This document shows, in pieces, positions 1-11,258 of a DNA stretch of 64,000 nt. How positions within the stretch are numbered: position 1 is the first letter of the stretch; each line of letters starts with the position of its first letter. The stretch is from contig NC_091470.1 in assembly GCF_036971445.1 (NCBI RefSeq), forward strand, positions 160,766,001 to 160,830,000, read 5' to 3'. The translations under genes were made by a program, and so were the position numbers. The notes under the pieces are model-generated. The model had not been told where the DNA came from. It ran no database searches and saw only the letters and a list, made by a program, of their open reading frames with translations. The stretch comes from Narcine bancroftii. Taxonomy: Eukaryota.

Positions 1-247
1 ATCCATACACAAGAACAATATATGAATGCCACGGAGGTTGCGTCCTTGCTTTAGAATGCCATGACTCAATGGCTCTAACTGTCCTTTCATCTAATAGTTT
101 TCACCAGTGAGTGGACCGATGAGTGACAAAAGCACAGGTGCTGTCCATGGCAGATGTGTCGAGTGCTGGAGCCAAAAGTCATGGCGCATTGGTGCCAGCA
201 GTGGTTTTGTGTGGCATTCTGTACCACGCTTCACCAGTTGGTTTCTA

Positions 248-1548
248 CAGTGCTTTCCATAATGTTTGGGATGAAGCCACTTTTTTTTCCTTTATTTGCC
301 CCTGTGCTCTACAGTTTTAAATTTGTAATCAAACAATTCACATGTAATTAAAGTCCACATTCCAGATTTTATTCAAGGTTATATGTCTACGCTTTGGTTT
401 GACCATATAGAAATTACAACACTTTTTATGCATAGTTCCCTCATTTCAGGGCACCCTAATATTTGGGCAGGTGTTGGTGATTACTCAGGTATGTTTGATT
501 GCTTTATTGGTGCAGGTATCTAAACTTGCTTCTCAACTTTTGATCACCTTTGGAGTCTGTAGTTGCCATGTTTCAACACGAGGGCCAGAGTTGTGCCCAA
601 TGAAAGTCAAAGAAGCCATTATGTGGCTGGAAAACATGAATAGGAAGATAAATTACCCAAAGGATGGTATGGATATGTCAATGACTACTCTCCGCTGAAG
701 ACTTCATGAACAGAAATACAGAGGCTACACTGCAAGATGCAAGGCATGGCAAATTTGCCTCCACACTTTGCTCTTGCCAACATTTTGCTATAGGTTCATC
801 TTGGTCTCATCTGTCCACAACTTTTTAAACCAGAATTCTGCAGACTCTTTTAAATACTTCTTGGCAAACTGTAATGTGGCTAACTAGTGGTTTGCATCTT
901 GCAGTATTTCTGTTCATGAAGTCTTCTACAGGCAATAGTAATTGGTGCTTCCTGAAGAGTGTTTCTGATCTGTCGGACATGTTTGGGGTATTTCTTTTCA
1001 TTCTGTCATCAGCACTGGAGGTCTTCCTTGGAATACCAGTCCCTTTGCGATTACTGAGCTCTCAGTAGGCTATTTCTTCTTAATAATGTTCCAAACAGTT
1101 GATTTTGGTCATCCTAAGGTTGGATGATGTCTCTTATTGCTTTCTTCTTGTTTTTCTGCCTCATAATGGCTACCTTTATTAGCACAATTCTGGTCCTCCT
1201 GTAGAAACATGGGAACTACAGACTCCAAATCAAAGGCTTAGAAGCAAGTCTCGGACTTTTACACCCGCACTAATGAAGCAATTAAACACACCTGAGAAAT
1301 CACAAACACCTGTGAAGCTAAATGGCTGAAACATTATGGTGCCCTGAAATGAAAGGACTTGTATATACAAAGTGCTATAATTTCTAAATGGTCAAACCAA
1401 AATGTATATAAATAACCTTGAATAAAATCTGGAATGTGCACTTTAATTGCATGAGAATTGTGTGATTACAAACTTAAAACTCTGGAGCACAGGGGCAAAT
1501 GAAAGGAAACAAAAAGTGTATTTGTCCCAAACATTATGGAAGACATTT
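248..1548. mobile_element. Tc1/mariner (long-TIR) DNA transposon remnant, rearranged as two opposed 5' halves
   Basis: TA|CAGTGCTTTCCATAATGTTTGGG at 246-270 and its degenerate inverse ending at 1548|TA. The ~220-bp TIRs lie at 248-470 and 1330-1548. A decayed transposase motif WTDETKMNL is on the minus strand near 790-820. Confidence 0.8.
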
Positions 1549-1626
1549 TATTCTAAGCAGTGTCCAATGCCTAGATGGGTAAAAGCAACACCTGATGCAG
1601 ACATCAACAAATCCTCTTTTAATTTG

Positions 1627-1885
1627 GGGAGCACAGTTAGCATTGCACTTAGCACAACGCTGTTACAGCGCCAACGACCCGGGTTTGAACCTGGCGCTGT
1701 CTGTGAGGAATTTGTGCATTCTATCTGCGTCCACGTGGTTTTCCTCCAGGTGTTCCTATTTCCTCCCACTCTTCAAAAATGAAAGGGCATTGTAGGTTAA
1801 TTGGGTGTAATTGTGTGGCTCGGGCTCGTGGGATGGACAGGGTTGTTACCATGCTGTATGTCTAAATTTAAAATTAAAATTTAAT
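1627..1885 (+). mobile_element. tRNA-derived V-SINE (HE1-like). Further copies at about 16095-16305(+), 20080-20270(-), 30285-30505(+), 36185-36435(+), 54960-55165(+)
   Basis: B-box-like GGTTTGAACC, central V-domain-like GTGGTTTTCCTCC..TTTCCTCCCAC, and a 3' tail (GCTGTATGTCTAAATTT) similar to the CR1 3' ends in this window. Repeated across the window. Confidence 0.7.
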
Positions 1886-2394
1886 TGCCTGAAGTGTGTG
1901 CAGCGTGAGATAATCTCAGCATGCTCTCAGAGACAACAACTACCCTTGGGGCCCTGGTATGGGAAACAGCCGAAGGCCTAAGCCCCAGGTGCTGGTTGAT
2001 GCCACGCACACACTGTTGGAAGCTCAACCATGGGAGGTGGCAGAGATTCACTGGTACCCAAGGAAAGCACTGCCAGATACCACAGGCCCAAAGTGAGCAG
2101 GGAAAGCTGAATGGGATAAACCCAACTCTAAGCCCACCCCTCCACTTGGACATCTTTGTCCATCAAGGAGCTTGGGGCAGAGCAGACCCATGGACCAACC
2201 TTCAGCATCAGACGAAGGAGAGGGCTCAATTTCTCATCTGCACATAGGTGTGGAAACATTGATAGAAGAATGTAGTTTCCCCATATAAAATTTCTTAAAT
2301 GGAGGAGTATCCACACCTTAATGAACCATTCTGTCCAGTGCAATTATCAGGGATTAGAATAGTCTCCAAGGACTTGACATTCTGCCCTCCTCAC

Positions 2395-2505
2395 CTTGTG
2401 TTTGTGTTCTATTAAAATCTTCTCTTTAATGTCTGGTGAGATGAATGGGTTTGGCTTGTAGTCAGCTCGATAAGTGGTGTCCCCAAAGCACATATCCTTG
2501 ATGAA
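2395..2505 (-). CDS. CFAP107: CFAP107 (C1orf158) coding exon 2
   Basis: TGCAG acceptor, 111 nt encoding FIKDMCFGDTTYRADYKPNPFISPDIKEKILIEHKHK, then a GTGAGG donor; phase 0/0. Resembles the human exon 2 pattern (S-x-YR-x-EY-x-P) as recalled. Confidence 0.8.
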
Positions 2506-2816
2506 CTGCAAGAAGCAAAGGAAATACATGTGGGATCTTTACTGGAGGTTAACAAGTGGACAAACTGCCTGTCCAAATAGCACCCTATCCACCAAAATAC
2601 ATATCCATTCCCTCTCCCTCCGCAAGATGCACTGTATCAATTTTCGAAGCTCCTTGACAGCACGTTATGATCAAGCCCCCATGAATCCACTCACATTGCA
2701 GGACAAGAGAAGGAAACTGTGTGCAAACTCTGCCACCTCCAACTCCCTCCAAATGGCATGCCATCCCGAGCTAAGCAGTACTAAACATGACTACTTTAAT
2801 AGACATATCATTGCTA

Positions 2817-3038
2817 TGTCCCAGACATTATGTTGACTGGAAATGGGGGAACTATGTATAAAAAGTGCTGTAAATTCTACTTGGTAAAACCAAAATGTGT
2901 ACAAATAACCTTGAATAAAATCTGGAATGCGCACTTCAATTTCACGTGAATTGTTTGATTACAAATTTAAAACTGTCGAACTCAGGGACAAATCAAGGAA
3001 AACACGTGTCTTTGTCCTATACATTATGGAGGGCACTG
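2817..3038. mobile_element. Isolated TIR of the same Tc1 family
   Basis: Direct copy of 1325-1548, ending CATTATGGAGGGCACTG|TA. Confidence 0.75.
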
Positions 3039-3270
3039 TATATTGCATTGGAGTGCACAGGATACATGCAGAGAATCAAGCATTGACAACTTTGAGGGAG
3101 GACCTTCCAGTGCTCAAGAAGAAAAGATCATAAGGGCAATAAATGTCAGTCTTGCAAAAGATGCCTATACCAATTTTGAAGTGGGCCCAAGTGCACGTTA
3201 AGTGTTTGATACTGGCAGGGGTGACACAAAGGATTTCTCAGCAGAATTAAGCCAAACCACCAAGGCACAT

Positions 3271-3882
3271 TGTTAAAGGCTTATGTTGCTATCTGTATTT
3301 TTATGTTCTATATTTTAGTGGGTTACTTTGTGTGTTGAACAAGGAAAGACACATATTTTGAAATTCAGACACAAAGGCACCTATGTTCAGAGTCATAAAA
3401 CCTACTTAAAGAGAAGGCATCTGGCAGATGACACAGGCTTTTGCAAAATGAAACAAACCAGTATTGCTCAAGGCAGCCATGTGATTTAAGACACTTCAAA
3501 AAAGTATTCTTGTATTTGGATCCTGACTATTTAGATGGTTATTTGGTTTATCCTTTGCCTGGGTCTGTGAAAGCATCGTGGAGGTCACATGCTTCGTGCT
3601 CTTGGTGTCTCAACTTCATTAGATCACTTCTGAACAACAGTTTTAAAAGTACTGACTTTCAACACAAAATTTCTAAGAATGAACTTAGAATGTGACTTTT
3701 CGGAATTGCACCTAACGGTTTGGGTAATCCACACATGTACACATATACATTTACACACAGCTGGGGTTAAGTTTAGTGTTAAGTAAGATTTTATATTATT
3801 AATAGTTATTAATAAAAATTATTGCTTTGAAGATACCACTGTCTTGGTGAATTTCTATTGCTGCTGGACTAATGATGTAACA
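3271..3882 (+). mobile_element. Solo LTR
   Basis: TGTTA...TAACA termini, perfect 4-bp TSD ACAT (3267-3270 and 3883-3886), AATAAA at 3811. Confidence 0.7.
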
Positions 3883-4631
3883 ACATTGTACAATTACTCT
3901 CAGTGCTGGTTAGCTCAGAGGTGGAAAAGTTTCGTTCAGATGGCTGAAGATTATCGTCTGGAACCCCCTGCCATTTGGCTCGGATGCTGTCCAATCTTGG
4001 ACGGCTCCCAAGTCACACAAAGAGAATGGTGACTGTGTAGTGTCAAAGTTTGTACCTCCGGTGCAGAGCACCCACACTTTCAGCAGGGATCCCAACGTTT
4101 TCTTTGCCTCTCAATCACATCTTTGCACTGTGGAAAACTCTCACCAGGTCACCAAGACCTGAAAATCATGAAGCAAAACAAGACACCTGGGAGGCAGCGA
4201 TCCAAAGGATTACCAGAGGTAGGTGCGAAGGAAGAGATTCTAAGTTTTTTTTTTAAAGTTATTCTTGGCCCACTTAATCTGGAATTCCCGAGTTCCCCAG
4301 CACTCCCACTCTTTTTTTGTTTTGCTGCTTTAATGCATTTGCATTGTTATTTTCAGTAATTAAAGGATGTTCTTGTTAATTTGGGGTGGGGTGGGTGATA
4401 CAAAGTGCTATGTAATTGATTTATATTTGTGCACAAAGCATGAGTATGTAAAATCAAAAATAAAATTTTCATTAAAAATCTTGGAGGGGATCATTGTCTC
4501 TCAATTTCTCTTTCCATGGCAGAACAAAATTCATAACGTGGCAAATAAAAGAAAACCAAGGAAGAATCTATTCCATTCTCTCCTTGCCTCTTGCATCAGG
4601 TGAGATCTCACCTGGTTCCAGCTCCTCTTAC

Positions 4632-4772
4632 CTTCAACCTATCCTCCGCCCAGTTGCCGACCAGCACCTTATTCCGATAGCGCGGTTGAATTCTCCAACT
4701 GGGCGCTGTCAGCAAGGGGTCGGGGGCAAAGCGGTCCGCAAGGACTGGAGGGCAAGTGGCTGAAAGCCTCAT
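4632..4772 (-). CDS. CFAP107: CFAP107 (C1orf158) coding exon 1
   Basis: MRLSAT...PSWRIQPRYRNKVLVGNWAEDRLK followed by a GTAAG donor. Matches the human PSWQIETKYSTKVLTGNWMEERRK motif, and the position is syntenic next to AADACL4. Start codon inferred. Confidence 0.85.
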
Positions 4773-4869
4773 GTTTGTGTGTGTATGGGGGCAAGTCGGA
4801 CGCACGTGGTTCATTGTCTGAGTCTCCCTCGCAAATGTATCACATGCAATGTATCATTTTTAGGCACTT

Positions 4870-4905
4870 TGTTTACCGTTTCCATGGAGACTGGCCCGCG
4901 GCAAC
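4870..4905. promoter_or_regulatory. RFX X-box with adjacent forkhead motif (CFAP107 promoter)
   Basis: TGTTTAC at 4870-4876, GTTTCCATGGAGAC at 4878-4891, and an extra GGCAAC half-site at 4900-4905. About 100 bp upstream of the ATG in CpG-containing sequence. Confidence 0.7.
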
Positions 4906-5884
4906 ACTTCACACGTGGTACATCTTGGCCGCTCAACTCCGCATCATCTCAATGCTCTGCCTTGTCCTCGCTCCGGTTGAAGGAAGGTTTCCAATTGATT
5001 TCGTATTAGGCGCCTTGGGATTCTAAGCCCGGGAAGCCCGAGAGGCAGAGGCGGTGGATAAAACCGGCTGGTCACTGTTCCATTGGAAATAAGAGCACGG
5101 GGTTGGACACTGGCCCCACCATTCAATAAGATCACCCGCCTGCCTTTTCCCCATGACCTTTAATTCCCCTACTGTGGTGGTCCTTGCAATTGCATGCAGA
5201 GATGGTATGGGGGACCAGCGTGGACTAGGGGGAGTAGCTCCTTTCCTGCCCTCTGCTCTCAGCTCAGGTTGGGATTCACATAGTGGAGAACCCGGCCAGG
5301 AGGAGCACTTACCTCCTCCTGTAGGTATAATCTCCAGCTCGGAGTTGCACCTGAAAGCAGCAGTAGGACCACGGCCACAGTCCACAGGAGCCGGCGTTCA
5401 CTCGGACGCAGCTCTCCTTCAGGTGACAGAAAGGCGTCTTCTCCGCGGCCACCTGAACGTCCCAGCTGCGTCTGCCGGCGCATTTTCTGCGTCCGAGCAC
5501 CTGAAAGCAGCTAAAAACTTACCTCTGATTTCTCCTCTAAACTGTCGACCCTTATTGAGGTGCCCTTGACTGCTTCTGGGAAAAGCTATTGCTCTTTAAC
5601 CCCACCCTCAGTCTTCTCCCCCCAAAATTTTAAGGCTATGTCTCTAGTTCTCGTCTCATCTTCCATTGGAAACAACGTTGCTGCCTCATGTTATCTATCC
5701 CTTTCAGAATATTATGCTTTCTTTGATAAGATCCCTTCTTGTTCTTCTGAATCCCTCCCACAACTCAATCAGTCCACATCAGCTGTATTTCTGAAATCAA
5801 TCTGATGAACCTCCTCTGCACCACCTCCAAAGCCCTCTATTTTCCTCAAGTCATACTCCAAGTGTGGCCTCACCAGTAAATGGT

Positions 5885-6620
5885 CCACCATCAACAACCT
5901 CGCACTCAATGTCACCAAAACCAAAGAGCTTCAGGAAGGAAAAACAAGAGGTATACGATCCAATGATCTTTGGAGGGTCAGGGGTGGAGAGGGTGAGCAC
6001 ATTTAAGTTCATGGCAGTCATTATCCCAGAGGATCTTTCTTGGACCCAGCACACTAATGGCATCATGAAGAAAGCATGTCAGTCCCTCTACTTCCTCAGG
6101 AGTTTGCGGAGGTTTGGTATGACACCGGAAACCCTGGCAAATTTCTACAGATTTGTGGTGGAAAGTGCGCAGACCAGCTACATTATGTAAGGGGACACCA
6201 ATGGCCCTGAGTGAAAAGCCCTGCAAAATGTAATAGATATAGCCCTGGAGATCATGGACAGAAACCCTCCCCACTATCGTGAACATCTCGAGGCCTTTTG
6301 AGTGCAGCAGTAGTCAAGGGCAAATGCTTTGTTCTCGGTGTTGCCATCAGGAAAGAGGTATAGGTGCCACAAGACTTGCACCCCCTCCACCATCAGACCC
6401 CTCAAGAACAAACAATCAGGGACTCATTTAAGGACTCTTACTTTTGAGCTTTATTGATTTTTTTCTCTCTGTATTGCACAGTCGGTTTGTTTACATGTGT
6501 AAATTGTATTGTTTTTTTTCATTACCAATAAGTGATAATTCTGCCTCGCCACAGGAAAATGAATATCAAGGTTGTATATGATGTAATGTATGTTCTTTGT
6601 CAATAAATCTGTATCTGAAA
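5885..6620 (+). mobile_element. Rex1/Babar-like LINE 3' fragment. Other decayed copies at about 16680-17285(+), 19370-19720(+), 23690-24570(-), 25170-25660(-), 31490-32230(-), 35390-35810(-), 37240-37790(-), 38610-39290(+), 46980-47440(+), 58270-58800(-)
   Basis: Decayed RT C-terminal motifs NNLALNVTKTKE / VERVSTFKF / EDLSWTQH / LYFLRSLRRFG / NFYR..VES, with frameshifts and stops. Confidence 0.7.
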
Positions 6621-8157
6621 TTCTACCCGCCCAGGCAGTGCTCAGATCCTTAAGGTTGTTTCAGATTCCACAATGGTTCTCGACCTTGTCTTTGCTCCTT
6701 TCTCTTCCCTTTCTGAACTTCCCAGTGCAGGTAAAAGATGGGATAAGTGAGCACTGGAGGGGAGAGAATCCCAGAGAGAAGACCTCGTTCCCCAGTCTAA
6801 TGATGACTAAATCCACAAACAATCATCGAAGCTTTTCCCCCAAATAACCAATTCTAAAACCAAGGAATACTTAAACAATGTAAACCATTTTCATTACAGT
6901 AGAGCAACCTTACCATCAGAAGGAACACACCAATGTTCATTTTTGCCGGCTCCTTTAACCATTATGATGGCTAAAGCACATTATTGACACTCAGCCATAT
7001 GACTCGTTTTCTGCTCATTCTTTTAATGCGAAGCAGTGAGAGTACAATGAAAGGAAGGGTCTGAAGGGAATGCATTTCAAAAGGAACACATATTAAAAAT
7101 CAGTGAGAAAGATGCGTTGATCTCAGTATCGGAATATTGTTTGGCATTAATCACATGTCCAGCTACTGCTGTGTGCAACAGTAATGATTAAGGGACCTCC
7201 ATTTTGTTCGAACTGGGACCATATTCCCAAATTTATGTTTGCCCTCTCTGAGTGTGAAAGAGCCATGAATTTTTGACCGATACATCTGGTTGAGAGGAGA
7301 AAATCTAATAGAGTGAAACACAAAAGTCTGCAGACACTGTGGTTGCAGTAAAAACTCGCACAGTAAATGCTGGAGGGTCTCAGCTGATCTCACAACGTCC
7401 ATAGGAGGTTACTGACGTTTCGGATGCTGCGAGACCAGCTGAGTTTCTGTGTGCTTTTGGAAGAAAATCTAATCCCTGTCCCCTCTTCTCCCTGGCAAGA
7501 TATCTCATCCCAGAGTCATAAATTAGATTAAAAGCATTTGCAGTTCAATTTAGCTCCCCTTTCAAAACATATGGATTTAAGAAGGCTTTTCCTCCTGTTT
7601 TATGAATTCAGAAATTGCTAGTGTCATTCAGCTCATTAAAAAGGGTGGTAGAAAGAAACATGCCCCAGTTTATCGCTAGTTTTAGAGGTGTACCAAGAAC
7701 CTGTCACTGAGGACAGAATGACTGGGCACTGCAGCAGCCAAGAGTTAATCAGGATCCAAAATGACTTCGTTGAAGGTGGGTCAGTGCCTGATAAACCCAG
7801 CTGACACAGATAAGGCAGGGAAAGCAGTGCCTAAAGTTGGTTTCTGCATAAATATATTTCCAGAGGCTTTGACTTAGATTCCACCCAAACATTTGTGTTC
7901 AAAGTGGAGCAGATAGAGTTGTCGGTGGTACTTGATCGTTAACCGACTGCAAGCTGAGCGCAGTTGATAGGGTAAATGTGACATTGATGCTTGCATGCTT
8001 CTCAACTTGCGATAAGGTAAGTTCAGTAACTCTACCATGGCAAGCTTTTGCAAATCCAGGACTGTCAGCAAATGCACAGTCTGGCAATGTTGGCAGAAGG
8101 CACCAAGGCCACCTTACACCGTTCAAAGATGATAATGAATATTTTGCATCTTAATAA

Positions 8158-8687
8158 TACTGGACAATTTTGTTTTCAAAAAGTTTGCTTCCTGAAGAAC
8201 AATTGGGGATTATGATAGATAACTTCAAGCTGAACACAAAGATCATTTCAGATTTGCTGTATCACGTAGGAAGTTGGAGAAACATTAAATTAACTTTCAT
8301 TTGAATGCAGCATGTTTAATCTCATATATAATGCGTTAGTTCAGTTGACCCAAAAACGTTTTGCTGCTGATTTTCATTTGTGCTCAGCATCTGATGCCTC
8401 TCACATCAGTGTCCAATGATAGTCAGCCAGTATCAATGGACTCCAGTTGCCCTGATACCGCTTTTCCACGACCTGGTGAGACCTTTCACCATGTTCGTCA
8501 CCGAGATCAGCAGGGTAGACGTCCAAGGGTGAACACAGAAAAAGACAGGAAATCGCAAAAATAGGTTCTATCTAAAGTAAGACAGTAGGTGTTAGGAAAG
8601 CTTTAAGGTCATCTTTGCGTCTATCAGCCCAAAATCCATAAAATACACCCAAAAGTGTTCAGGAAGCAAAATCTTCGATGTCCAGTG
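8158..8687 (-). mobile_element. Non-autonomous Chapaev3-like DNA transposon in the AADACL 3' UTR
   Basis: Termini TACTGGACA...TGTCCAGTG, flanked by TAA and TTA. Contains a decayed transposase C-terminal segment homologous to 18263-18457. Confidence 0.65.
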
Positions 8688-8720
8688 TTATTGCATCATA
8701 TTATACCTTTACATATGATA

Positions 8721-9504
8721 TTAGATGTCCTTAAGGAAGGTGACAATGTTATCAACAGCCTGTTTTCCAGATGGAAACGTCAGGTAGCCATTATCAAAGA
8801 AGCTGACTATACCGTGGAAACCATCTGCAACATGGGACCAGGAGACTGGAACACCATTGTCTTCCAGCCTCTTTTTGAATAGAAGTCCATCATCCCGAAG
8901 CACATCAAATTCACAAGTCAGTATGTATGCTGGCGGCAACCTTTTGATGGTATCATCACTGGCAAGAAGAGGGGAGAAGGTTGGCTCCAAGCTAGGTTTA
9001 ATAAGGTCAAAAACATCATTGTCTTGCGTCAGGAGAGGGCTTGGACTATGATCTTTGACCCTAAACTCATTAGGGATCAAATCTGCTCTTATCCATTTTC
9101 TGTATCTCATCTTGAGCTCCACGGGCAGGTGCTGACCTGCCATCACATCTCCTGCTAATGACATGTCCCCATTCAGGTACTGCAGGTAGAAGAAGATCAT
9201 CCGTGTTCGGAGGAGGAGAGGCACCATCTGGTTTTGGTGATAGGAGGGGAGGTTGAAATCGACCATTTGGAGGGCAGGGTAGATCATGACCTGGGCTCGG
9301 AGAGGTGGCAGCTCTGGGCTCTCCTCCATGCCAGCAATTCTCAGGCAAACAGCTGCAGTCAGGTTACCACCAGCGCTGTCCCCACTCACAACGATCCTGG
9401 TGTTGTCCACTCCGTAATCTGCCGCGGTCTTCATGAAACGCAGGGTGGCTTTCAAGCAGTCCTCAAACTGGCTGGGGTATTTGTGCTCAGGTGCAAGGCG
9501 GTAC
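8721..9504 (-). CDS. AADACL4: AADACL3/4-like esterase, exon 4 (last)
   Basis: CCCAG acceptor, phase 2. YRLAPEH, catalytic GDSAGG, FDVLRDD (Asp) and GFHG (His); TAA stop at 8721-8723. The four exons sum to 1251 nt (416 aa plus stop). Confidence 0.93.
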
Positions 9505-9729
9505 CTGGGAGAGACCAGCAGGAAAGCATTGAACCCATAGATCAACATACCATTAGAGAATGAGAAAGACAAAGGTTCCATCTCTTGAGAGGTTAGTTGC
9601 AGTGAGATACCTTGTCTGCTCTGACCATAGCTGCAGATCACAATCCCCAAGAGGTCATTTTTGCACCCGATACCCAAAGGGTCAAACGATACCTTGCAGA
9701 GCGGCAGACATATTGATGCTGGCAGTAAG

Positions 9730-11044
9730 TAACATAACATAACATAACATAACATAACAATTACAGCACGGAAACAGGCCATTAGGCCCTTCTAGTCCGC
9801 ACCAAACCAAACACCCCTCTCTAGTCCCACCTCCCTACACAATGCCCATAACCCTCCATCTTCTTCTCATCCATATACCTGTCCAACCTTTACTTAAATA
9901 ATACAATTGACTCCGCCGCCACTATTTCTCCCGGAAGCTCATTCCACACGGCTACCACTCTCTGAGTAAAGAAGTTCCCCCTCATGTTACCTCTAAACCT
10001 CTGCCCCTTAATTCTTAACTCATGTCCTCTTGTTTTAATCTTTCCTCCTCTTAACGAAAATAGTCTATCCACATCCACTCTGTCTATCCCTTTCATAATC
10101 TTAAATACTTCTATCAAATCCCCTCTCATCCTTCTACGCTCCAAAGAATAAAGACCTAATCTGTCCAATCTCTCCCTATACTCTAGATGCTTAAACCCAG
10201 GTAACATTCTGGTAATCCTTCTCTGCACTCTCTCCACTCTGTTTATATCCTTCCTATAATTAGGCGACCAGAACTGCACACAGAACTCCAAATTAGGCCG
10301 CACCAACGTCTTATACAATCTCAACATCACCTCCAAACTCCTATATTCCATGCAATGATTGATAAAGGCCAGCATACTAAAAGCCTTCTTCACCACCCTA
10401 TTCACGTGAGTTTCTACCTTCAGGGAACGATGTACCGTTACTCCTAAATCTTTCTGCTCTTCTGTATTCATCAATGCTCTCCCATTTACCACGTATGTCC
10501 TGTTCTGATTCTTCTTACCAAAATGAAGCACCTCACACTTACCAGCATTAAATTCCATCTGCCATTTTTCAGCCCACTTTTCTAAGCAGCCCAAATCCCT
10601 CTGCAATCCTTGAAAACCTTCTTCATTATCCACTATTCCACCTGTCTTAGTATCGTCTGCATATTTACTAATCCAATTCACCACCCCATCATCTAGATCA
10701 TTAATGTATATAACGAACAACAATGGGCCCAATACAGATCCTTGAGGCACACCACTGGTCACCGGCCTCCAACCTGACAGACAATTATCCACTACCACTC
10801 TCTGGCCTCTCCCTTTCAGCCAATGTTCAATCCATTTGACTATCTCAAAATTTATACCTAAAGACTGCACCTTCCTAACTAACCTTCCATGTGGTACCTT
10901 ATCGAAGGCCTTACTGAAGTCCATATAGACAACATCCACTGCGCTACCCTCATCCACATTCCTAGTCACCTCTTCAAAAAATTCAATCAGATTGGTCAAA
11001 CATGACCTTCCTCCCACAAATCCATGTTGAGTGCTCCTGATCAG
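9730..11044 (-). mobile_element. Young 5'-truncated CR1-clade (HER1-like) LINE
   Basis: 375-codon open RT frame (DFSKAFD, GVPQGSVLGP, YADD) with one premature stop near the C-terminus and a (TGTTA)n 3' tail at 9730-9759. Confidence 0.92.
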
Positions 11045-11258
11045 TAGGACTTGCAGTAGGAAAGAGAAACAGGAGTATCAGGCTGAGGAACAGCTTCATC
11101 CCACGGCAGAAACAATATCTATTTATTTATTTGTATATCTGAATATTTGATCTGCATATGTATTGTTTGTCTGCATGTGTATTATGTTTGGTTGTACGTC
11201 TGCGTGTTTTGCACCGAGGATCAGAGAATGTAGTTTTATCAGATTGTACTTGTGCAAT

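Noticed and set aside
1-2394. Search for CFAP107 exon 3
   Set aside because: No matching exon seen; it presumably lies left of the window.
9505-9782. N-terminal extension of ORF 8721..9782
   Set aside because: It is intron sequence and CR1 tail (MLCYVMLCY comes from the TGTTA repeat). A proper acceptor at 9505-9506 joins exon 3 in frame.
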